DNA from: Vicinamibacterales bacterium
Lineage (GTDB): Bacteria; Acidobacteriota; Vicinamibacteria; Vicinamibacterales; G965250185
Direction of reading: 5' to 3'
Assembly: GCA_965250185.1 (NCBI GenBank)
Contig: OZ252293.1
Span: forward strand, 2,247,862-2,311,861
DNA length: 64,000 bases
Positions 54,981 to 64,000 of this stretch are shown here, one piece after another. Position 1 is the first letter of the stretch; each line of letters starts with the position of its first letter. The notes below the pieces were generated by a model, which was not told the DNA's origin, made no database searches, and was given only the letters and a program-made list of their open reading frames with translations. A program made the translations under genes and the position numbers.

Positions 54981-55433
54981 GTGAGCACCAACGATGACAT
55001 CATCGCGGAGTTGACGGTCGCGTACTGGATGGAGATCGAGACGATGCAGAACTACGTGTCGAACTCGATCAATCTCATCACCGTGCGTGCCGAAGAGATC
55101 AAGAAGTCGCTGGCTGGCGACGTGACGGGAGAGTTCGGTCACGCGCAGGAGCTGGCGCAGCGCATTCACGTGCTGGGCGGCACCGTGCCCGGCAGCATGG
55201 ACTTCAAGGCGCGCCAGACGGCGTTGCAACCTGGCCCCGATCCATCCGACGTCGGCGCAGTCATTCGCGGTGTCATCACGGCCGAGGAAGAGGCCATCGG
55301 CCAGTACAACAAGATCATCAAGCTGTGCGACGGGGTCGACTACGTGACCCAGGATCTGTGCATCAAGCTACTGGCTGACGAAGAGAGTCACCGGCGGGAG
55401 TTCATCGGCTTCCTCGCCGAGTACGACAAGTAG
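54981..55433 (+). CDS. ferritin-like domain protein
   Basis: GAAGGAG upstream of GTG 54981. Di-iron-type E/H pattern (GEFGHAQELAQRIH ... EEEAIGQY ... DEESHRREF). Confidence 0.75.
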   Translation: MSTNDDIIAELTVAYWMEIETMQNYVSNSINLITVRAEEIKKSLAGDVTGEFGHAQELAQRIHVLGGTVPGSMDFKARQTALQPGPDPSDVGAVIRGVITAEEEAIGQYNKIIKLCDGVDYVTQDLCIKLLADEESHRREFIGFLAEYDK

Positions 55434-55478
55434 CCACCATCGGGTATCCGGGGGCGGCCACGTCGCCCCCGGCTCCGC

Positions 55479-56957
55479 CTACCAGCGAACCAGCGCCCGG
55501 TATCGCAGGACCGATTCGCCATCGGCCTCGACCGGGACGTCGAACCGAGCCGCCCATGCCGAGGTCTTCATCGCTTCGTGCGACGACTCGATAATCTGCC
55601 AGGTGCCTCCGAACGGTTCGTTGACCTCGACGACGATCGGCGTCGCCTTGTGGTTCCTCAGCGTGACGGTGAACGCCAGCTCGTAGGTCGTCTCGCCGAT
55701 CTTCTCGAAATCGGTCTGCACCCGCTCGCAGACCACGTCGAACGCGTTGCCGACGTGTAGATCGAGTGACTCGCCCTTCGGCGTGTGGCCGATGCGATCC
55801 TCGCCGGCAAACTGCACGCGGCCCTTCGAGTCGGCCTGATACACCCGCACCACGCCGGCCGGCATCGGATTCCCGAGTCCTGATGCGTCGTCGTTATGGA
55901 ACCGGTAGTACACCTTCACCGAGTCCGTGAGCGGGGTGCCCGGATGCCGACGGTTACGGTAGTACATGTTCTGGCCGTCGACGACGAAGCGCTTGTCCGT
56001 CGGAATGTCGGTGCCGGTCAGCAGGCTCAATTGCTTCGTCTCGTGGTTCTTGACCGAGGTTCGGCGGCCCAGACTGTACAGGTGATACTCCGCGAACGCT
56101 TCCTGCTCGAAGGTCGGCTGAGCCGTCGCGCGGGTGACATCCGCCATCTCCAGTCGGCGCTCGTACCGCGGCTGCACGCGGTTGAGTTCACCCGCGACCA
56201 GTTGTAGCGACGCGTTCAGGAATGCCGTGCCGCTCTCGTTCGTCAGCGTGACCCACCCGTCGAGGTCGGATGCGTCAGCGTCGCGTCCGATCGTCAATAC
56301 GTAGTCAGCGCTCCACGACATGTTGCCCGCGAGGTACGAAGCTTCGACCCGATGGTCCGCGGCCCCGTCGTTGCCAAGCGTCCAGACGAGTGTGGGGCGG
56401 CTGTAGAGGTTCTCCGGCAACGACGGGAACCGCATGTGATCAGCTTCCAGGCCGGTGACGATCTCGTCGCCTATCTGCCACACCGGGCCGCTGTTGTACG
56501 CGAGCAGGCGAGCCGAGACCTCGTCGGTGCGCGTGCTGCCGGCCTCCTGACGTGTACGCACGAGGGTCACGTCGCGGCCGACGTATTTCCTGAGCAGCTT
56601 TTCGGGATCGAGTAGGTCGTACTCGTAGTTCTGCTCCAGCACCCGCAGCAGGTCGGGCTCGGTGAGTGACCGGAAGTGTACCGTGGCTGGATTCACGGAC
56701 GCGGCGATGTCCATGAAACGAAGATCGAACGTTCCGCGAGGCACCCGCACGTGCCGCACGTCCCGCACCAGTGCGATGCTCGAGTTGTACACCGTCACGG
56801 CCAGGTCCTCCTGGTCCTCCAGGGTCGTGGCGAGGATGCCGGACGCATCCTGCGCCGCCAGCGAGGATGCGGCCTCCGGTCGGTTGGTGCCCACGCCTAT
56901 CACCGTTGCCACGACTCCCAATCCGATCAACGTCGAGTAGACGAATCCCGTTCTCAT
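55479..56957 (-). CDS. DUF4139 domain-containing protein (with DUF4140-like N-terminus)
   Basis: GGAGGG upstream of ATG 56957. Signal/TM, then LAVTVYNSSIALVRDVR and a family-like pattern throughout. Confidence 0.8.
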   Translation of the reverse strand: MRTGFVYSTLIGLGVVATVIGVGTNRPEAASSLAAQDASGILATTLEDQEDLAVTVYNSSIALVRDVRHVRVPRGTFDLRFMDIAASVNPATVHFRSLTEPDLLRVLEQNYEYDLLDPEKLLRKYVGRDVTLVRTRQEAGSTRTDEVSARLLAYNSGPVWQIGDEIVTGLEADHMRFPSLPENLYSRPTLVWTLGNDGAADHRVEASYLAGNMSWSADYVLTIGRDADASDLDGWVTLTNESGTAFLNASLQLVAGELNRVQPRYERRLEMADVTRATAQPTFEQEAFAEYHLYSLGRRTSVKNHETKQLSLLTGTDIPTDKRFVVDGQNMYYRNRRHPGTPLTDSVKVYYRFHNDDASGLGNPMPAGVVRVYQADSKGRVQFAGEDRIGHTPKGESLDLHVGNAFDVVCERVQTDFEKIGETTYELAFTVTLRNHKATPIVVEVNEPFGGTWQIIESSHEAMKTSAWAARFDVPVEADGESVLRYRALVRW

Positions 56958-57054
56958 CGTTCCCTCCAGTGGCCTCGTGCAGGCAGTATCTGTTGGTAGA
57001 ACGGAGGGGACCGGATCTCTTGCACGCGAAGGGATGACGGTCATAAGGAAATGT

Positions 57055-57105
57055 GTAGCGCGAAGGCTTCAGCCGAGCGGATCTCAAGCCGGCGCGCTAC
57101 GTACG
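57055..57105 (+). repeat. REP-like element, short copy (centre deleted)
   Basis: gtagcgcgaaggcttcagccgagcggatctcaagccggcgcgctacgtacg. Confidence 0.8.
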
Positions 57106-57147
57106 CACAGGCGCGACTGACGGCTGTCAGGGTTGTGACACCGATGT

Positions 57148-58245
57148 CTACGGCACGCGCTCCCAGTCGATCCCGCCGTTGCGCGTGCGGAATCGCTCGC
57201 CCGACATGGTCGACACGACCGCGGCGTCGGCGTCGGTCGCCTGGACGTCGATCAGATCGGCCTCGGTCGGGGAGGGAACCGATGTCCAGGACGTGCCGTC
57301 GGTGCTCCGCGAGATGGTGCCCCCACGGCCCACGACCCAGCAGACCGTCGATCCAGGTGACGCGCCGGCGAGCAGCTCGGCCGTGACGCCACTGTCCTGA
57401 GATTGCCATGACGCCCCGGCGTCTGTCGTTCTGGCGATCGCGGCTCCGGGGCCGATCGCCCAGCGTACGGTCGGATCGGTCGGGCTGACGACCTCGACTG
57501 GACCAGCGCCGGGGGCCGCAGAATCCGTCACGGCCACGCCAGGGGGCGCCACCTGTAACTGACGAACGACCGCGGGCTCGCTCGGCGTGGGTCGTACGGC
57601 CCGGCTAGCTCGCGGTTCGGCCGGTGGTGCGAATTCGGTTGCCGCCGGCGCCCCGACGTCGCCGAGCCCTGGCGTGTTCGGTCCGGGCGCCGCAAGCGCC
57701 GCGTCGGCCTGGGCCCCACGTGCGACCGGGGCCTGGTCTGGCTGCACCCGTGAGCGCTCGGCCTCCGTGTCGACCTTGGGAGTGAGGGCGCCGTCGGGAG
57801 AGCCGGGTGCCGAAGCGGCGCTCGGGGATGGCGGGTTGGCGGCGGTCTCGGCACGATCAGCCGGGGCGGCGATTCGCTCCTCGAGAGCCAGCTCGGGTTG
57901 AAAGGGGCGGTCGGTGGGATCCACTGCAACCCACAGCAGGAGGCCTGCGGCTGCGGCGGCAGTCGCCGGCACGAGCCACCGCCATGGCACCAGCCACGCG
58001 GTCGCCCCGCGCGTTCCTGCCTCCGGCTCGCTACGCGCGAGTGCGGCAAGCTGCGCCTGGCAGCGGCTGCACGATGCAGCATGTCCCTCGAGCTCCGAGG
58101 CTTCGCCCGGCGGAAGCGCGCGCTCGACGAACGCCGCCATCAGCTCGGCGTCCGGGCAGGGGCCGATTGGCTCGCGCCCCGCGAGCTCGGGCCCGGTTCG
58201 CATCAGGTGCTCGAGGGCGTCGTCTCGGTTGTTTCGCCAGGTCAC
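57148..58245 (-). CDS. anti-sigma factor (zf-HC2-like) with Pro/Ala-rich linker and C-terminal BNR/Ycf48-like repeats
   Basis: HAASCSRCQAQL, TM WLVPATAAAAAGLLLWVAV, C-terminal TTDAGASW / STDGTSW / TRNGGIDW Asp-box-like repeats. Confidence 0.75.
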   Translation of the reverse strand: MTWRNNRDDALEHLMRTGPELAGREPIGPCPDAELMAAFVERALPPGEASELEGHAASCSRCQAQLAALARSEPEAGTRGATAWLVPWRWLVPATAAAAAGLLLWVAVDPTDRPFQPELALEERIAAPADRAETAANPPSPSAASAPGSPDGALTPKVDTEAERSRVQPDQAPVARGAQADAALAAPGPNTPGLGDVGAPAATEFAPPAEPRASRAVRPTPSEPAVVRQLQVAPPGVAVTDSAAPGAGPVEVVSPTDPTVRWAIGPGAAIARTTDAGASWQSQDSGVTAELLAGASPGSTVCWVVGRGGTISRSTDGTSWTSVPSPTEADLIDVQATDADAAVVSTMSGERFRTRNGGIDWERVP

Positions 58246-58255
58246 AACTGGATCC

Positions 58256-59197
58256 TCACGTCAGTCGTCCGCGGGAGCCCTTCTCCCGTTGAACGGATGA
58301 ATCGCGATCGCTTGCACTGGCGTCCGTGGCGTGCTCGGCCGGCACCTTGCCCAGGCCACGCGTTTCGTCGTAGTGCCACGGCTCGGCAGTTAACTCGACG
58401 CAGCGATCGATCTCGATGTCGGAAAGCTCGTATTCGTTCCTCAGCCGCGCCTCGATGTCGCGACGCAGCCGCTTGCGGGCGCGTGCCAGCTTGCGCGAGA
58501 CGGTCGCTTCATGCTCGCCGAGCAGTCGACCAATCTGGGCGAGGGTGAGCTGCTCGCGGTAGTAGCACGCGAGGCGCAGGGCCTCGCCCGGGTCCAGGGC
58601 CCCGACCGCCGAGGCGAAGGCCCCGTGCAGCGCGCGAGTCAAACGGGCATGATCGAGGTCACGGGGGTCGGTCGTCGCCTGGGGCGTCGGTCTCGCCGTG
58701 CCTTCGTCGAACGGCTCGACGCGCCGCGCCGCTCGCACTGCATCCACGTGTCGCTGCGCCAGCACCGCCCGAAGCCACGTCGCCAGCGAGCTGCGGCCGT
58801 GGAAGTAGTCGAGCAGCGATCGGCGTTGGCCGTCGCGCTCGGTGAGTCCGAACAGGTCGGCATACAGCGAATCGGCCAGTTCTCGGCCGTCGGCGCGGGC
58901 GATTGCGGTCGCGGCCCTGTACAGGCCCGGTCGCTGCTCGCCGATGAAGTGCTCCCACGCGACGTCCTGGCCGGCAGCGCAGGCACGGGCGAGAGCGAGA
59001 TCGTCGACGTGCAGAGACTCGAGATAGCTGGCGACCGCCGCGGCGGTCGGATTCCCGTCGCGAAAGCGGTTGGCGGCGCTGCGCCCCATGGCGTCGACGA
59101 ACGTGGCGCGGTCGACGCCCCAGCGTTCGGCACCGGCGCGACCGTACAAGCGGTTCAGCAGCGCCGTGTGGTGTGGCTCGAGGTCGACCTGGTCCAT
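58256..59197 (-). CDS. ECF-type RNA polymerase sigma factor with N-terminal extension
   Basis: Region 2 (SSLATWLRAVLAQRHVDAVR) and region 4 HTH (LTLAQIGRLLGEHEATVSRKLARARKRL). About 80 extra N-terminal residues. Confidence 0.85.
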   Translation of the reverse strand: MDQVDLEPHHTALLNRLYGRAGAERWGVDRATFVDAMGRSAANRFRDGNPTAAAVASYLESLHVDDLALARACAAGQDVAWEHFIGEQRPGLYRAATAIARADGRELADSLYADLFGLTERDGQRRSLLDYFHGRSSLATWLRAVLAQRHVDAVRAARRVEPFDEGTARPTPQATTDPRDLDHARLTRALHGAFASAVGALDPGEALRLACYYREQLTLAQIGRLLGEHEATVSRKLARARKRLRRDIEARLRNEYELSDIEIDRCVELTAEPWHYDETRGLGKVPAEHATDASASDRDSSVQREKGSRGRLT

Positions 59198-59455
59198 CGC
59201 GTGCCCTGGCTCACTGGACGCTCGTGCTCGTCAGGAAGAACGTGCCGGCCGGCGCGCCGTGCCAGACGTCGGCGGTTGGGCCGATCGAATAGTGGCGCCG
59301 TTTCGACCCCGTGATGAGCACAGCTGGTTGCAGTTTCTAACGCCTTGCCGGTGTCACGCAAGCCGGCGGGCCCAGCACGCACTGTCCACCAGAGGTCGCT
59401 CGCGCTGGCCGGACGGTTGCATCCGGACGACCGAGGCTGATTGAATGGGTGTCAC

Positions 59456-61396
<1,941 letters not shown>

Positions 61397-61540
61397 TGCA
61401 CCGTGGTCTGAAAACCGTGAGCCTCGAACCGTGAGCCCCGAACCGTGAGCCCCAAGCCGAGAGCCCAAAGCCGAGAGCCCAGAACCCAGAACCCCGACCC
61501 CCGAGCCCCGACCCCCGATCCCCGATCCGGAGGATTACCC

Positions 61541-62920
61541 GTGTCCACTGCCTACGACGCCATCATTATCGGAACCGGTCAGGCTGGGCCTGCGCTGAGC
61601 GCCAGGCTCGCGGCTGCGGGTATGACGGTGGCCGTCGTCGAGCGGCACAAGTTCGGCGGCACGTGCGTGAACACCGGCTGCATCCCGACCAAGACAATGG
61701 TGGCCAGCGCACGGGCGGCGTACACGGCGAGACGTGCGGCCGAGTACGGCGTCAGGATTGACGGTGACATCACGGTCGACATGGCGCAGGTGAAGGCGCG
61801 CAAGGATGCGGTCGTGCGCCGGTCCAACGAGGGCGTCGAGAAGTGGATGCGGACGCTCGATCGGGGTGCGGTCCACGTCGGCCATGCGCGGTTCGAGGGC
61901 GCGCACCAGGTGCGGGTCGGGGAGACGGTGCTCGAGGCGGATCGCATCTTCATCACCGTGGGTGGGAGAGCCTACGTGCCGTCGAGCGGTTACGAATCGG
62001 TCGACTACCTCACGAATGCCAGCATCATGGACGTGGACGTTGTCCCCGAGCATCTCGTCGTCGTCGGGGGCAGCTACATCGGCCTCGAGTTCGCCCAGAT
62101 GTACCGCCGGTTCGGGAGTCGTGTGACGGTCGTCGAGAAGGGACCCCGGCTCATCAGACGTGATGATGAGGATGTGTCGGTGGCGGTGCGGGAGATTGTC
62201 GAGGGTGAGGGCGTGGAGGTGAGGCTCGACGCGACGTGCCTGCGCGCCGACCGATCGGACGCGGGTGTCGCGGTCACGGTGGACTGTGCCTCGGGCGCAC
62301 CGGTCGTCGAAGGGTCGCACCTGCTACTCGCGATGGGGCGACGGCCGAACACCGACGATCTGGGGTTGGAGGCCGCGGGCATCGAGACCGACAGCCGTGG
62401 CTTCATCACCGTCGACGATCAGCTCCGGACCAATGTCGACGGCGTCTGGGCCCTGGGAGACTGCAACGGTCGTGGCGCGTTCACGCACACGTCCTACAAC
62501 GACTTCGAGATCGTCGCTGCCAACCTCCTCGACGCCGATCCGAGGCGCGTGAGCGATCGGATCGTGACCTACGGGCTGTTCATCGATCCGCCGCTCGGTC
62601 GCGCTGGCCTCACCGAGGCGGAGGTGCGTCAGGCCGGTCGGCCGGCCCTCATCGCGACGCGCCCGATGTTTCGTGTCGGCCGGGCCGTCGAGCAGGGTGA
62701 GACGCGAGGCTTCATGAAGATCATCGTGGACGCCGAGACGAAGCTGATCCTCGGGGCAGCGATTCTGGGCATCGGCGGAGACGAGATCGTGCACTCCATC
62801 CTGGATGTGATGTACGCGAAGGCGCCCTACACCGTCATCCAGCGTGCGGTGCATGCGCACCCAACCGTCTCGGAGCTCATTCCCACCATGCTGGCCGACC
62901 TGCGTCCGCTCGATCCCTAG
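61541..62920 (+). CDS. class I pyridine-nucleotide-disulfide oxidoreductase (lipoamide dehydrogenase/MerA-like, no C-terminal Cys pair)
   Basis: GGAGGA upstream of GTG 61541. IIGTGQAG, redox disulfide GGTCVNTGCIPTK, HAHPTVSE dyad. Confidence 0.85.
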   Translation: MSTAYDAIIIGTGQAGPALSARLAAAGMTVAVVERHKFGGTCVNTGCIPTKTMVASARAAYTARRAAEYGVRIDGDITVDMAQVKARKDAVVRRSNEGVEKWMRTLDRGAVHVGHARFEGAHQVRVGETVLEADRIFITVGGRAYVPSSGYESVDYLTNASIMDVDVVPEHLVVVGGSYIGLEFAQMYRRFGSRVTVVEKGPRLIRRDDEDVSVAVREIVEGEGVEVRLDATCLRADRSDAGVAVTVDCASGAPVVEGSHLLLAMGRRPNTDDLGLEAAGIETDSRGFITVDDQLRTNVDGVWALGDCNGRGAFTHTSYNDFEIVAANLLDADPRRVSDRIVTYGLFIDPPLGRAGLTEAEVRQAGRPALIATRPMFRVGRAVEQGETRGFMKIIVDAETKLILGAAILGIGGDEIVHSILDVMYAKAPYTVIQRAVHAHPTVSELIPTMLADLRPLDP

Positions 62921-62934
62921 GGCCTGCCGAGACC

Positions 62935-63942
62935 GTGACTGACGCCGCTCTCCGCCTCCTCGCTGGGCTGCTCCCGGTCCTCCTGTTCCTCGTCAGCCTG
63001 ATCGTTCTCGACAGCTACAAGCTCGTGCGACCCGTCTGGATCGGGGCGAGCATCGTGTTCGGCGGCCTGACCGCCGGATTGAGCTTCTTCCTGAACGATG
63101 CGGCCATGCTCCGCCTCGAGCTGGAGGCGGAGCAGTACACGCGCTATGGCGCGCCCGTGATCGAGGAGCTCGTCAAGGCGCTCTTCCTGGTCTATCTGAT
63201 TCGCGGAAACCGCGTCGGATTCCTCGTGGATGCCGCCATTCTTGGTTTCGCTATCGGTACAGGCTTCGCCATCGTCGAGAACACGTACTACCTGCAGGTG
63301 CGTCCCGGCTCCGGTATCGGGGTCTGGGTCATTCGAGGGTTCGGCACGGCCGTGATGCATGGCGGCACGACCTGCGTGTTCGGCATCTTGTCCCAGGCGA
63401 TGACCGAACGCCGGCCGAGGAATCCACTCGGGCTGCTTCCGGGCTGGCTCCTCGCGGTCGGCTTGCACTCGGCCTACAACCACTTCTTTCTCTCGCCGAA
63501 CGTGGGCGCGCTCGCCGTCCTCGCCCTGTTTCCGCCGCTACTGCTGTTCGTGTTCCGGCGCAGCGAGCGCGCGTTGCGGGTATGGCTGGACGTCGGCTTC
63601 GACGCCGACGCGGAGTTGCTCGAGCTGATCGGATCCGGCCGGCTCTCCGAGTCGAACGTCGGTCGCTATCTCCAGACCCTGCGGCGAAGGTTTCGCGGCG
63701 AGGTTGTGGCCGACCTGATCTGCTACCTCAAGCTCCACATCGAGCTGTCGCTCCGCGCGAAGGGGCTCTTGCTGGCGCGCGAGAATGGCTTCGACGTGCC
63801 GCTCGACGATGACACGGACGCGAAGATCACGGAGCTCGAATACCTGGAGCGCAGCATCGGCCGTACCGGCAAGCTCGCCATGGCGCCGCTCCTCGACGCG
63901 ACCGGCAAGCGCCGGTGGCAGCGCCACATGTTGCGGCAGTAG
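62935..63942 (+). CDS. PrsW family intramembrane metalloprotease
   Basis: APVIEELVKALF, GFAIGTGFAIVEN and TAVMHGG motifs. Polytopic, with a soluble C-terminal tail. Confidence 0.8.
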   Translation: MTDAALRLLAGLLPVLLFLVSLIVLDSYKLVRPVWIGASIVFGGLTAGLSFFLNDAAMLRLELEAEQYTRYGAPVIEELVKALFLVYLIRGNRVGFLVDAAILGFAIGTGFAIVENTYYLQVRPGSGIGVWVIRGFGTAVMHGGTTCVFGILSQAMTERRPRNPLGLLPGWLLAVGLHSAYNHFFLSPNVGALAVLALFPPLLLFVFRRSERALRVWLDVGFDADAELLELIGSGRLSESNVGRYLQTLRRRFRGEVVADLICYLKLHIELSLRAKGLLLARENGFDVPLDDDTDAKITELEYLERSIGRTGKLAMAPLLDATGKRRWQRHMLRQ

Positions 63943-64000
63943 GCCGGTGAGGTCGTCCGGGCCGCACCTGGTGCTATGATGGCCGGCACCGACGGCTCCA

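Overview
GC-rich segment with strong G/C third-codon-position bias; it reads as ordinary chromosome. I call about 57 protein-coding genes on both strands and recognise no rRNA, tRNA, CRISPR array, transposase or integrase. All family names come from motifs read by eye in the ORF translations; no database search was run. Gene content: secreted hydrolases (two M20, one M14, two S8 peptidases, serine hydrolases, esterases), HflKC, EttA, RecQ, an ECF sigma/anti-sigma pair, an RRM RNA-binding protein, a Na/Pi cotransporter with a PhoU-like partner, a block of secreted phosphoesterases, and many DUF-type envelope proteins (DUF1326/DUF2182, DUF481, DUF4097, DUF4139, DUF5916, DUF4126). This fits a soil bacterium, possibly Acidobacteriota-like, which is inference only. 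The unusual part is non-coding. Most of the longer intergenic spacers I read (roughly 60 nt and up) are filled with degenerate tandem repeats of 7-13 nt. These are often organised as G-rich arm / unique core / C-rich arm inverted structures, and they butt against or run into start and stop codons. I see at least five sequence families. One (9-mer GGGCGAGTG arms around a conserved ~30-nt core) occurs three times within 3 kb, and its core mini-stem shows a compensatory base change. A separate ~50-80-nt palindromic REP-like element occurs at four loci (five copies). Also notable are two tandem S8 peptidases with a C-terminal x-V-W-G-D hexapeptide-repeat domain, in-frame 9-nt repeats inside two signal peptides, a DJ-1/PfpI gene truncated at a repeat array, and three genes with single-base frame disruptions that may be homopolymer sequencing errors. 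Long ORFs antisense to real genes are common here and are treated as compositional artefacts.
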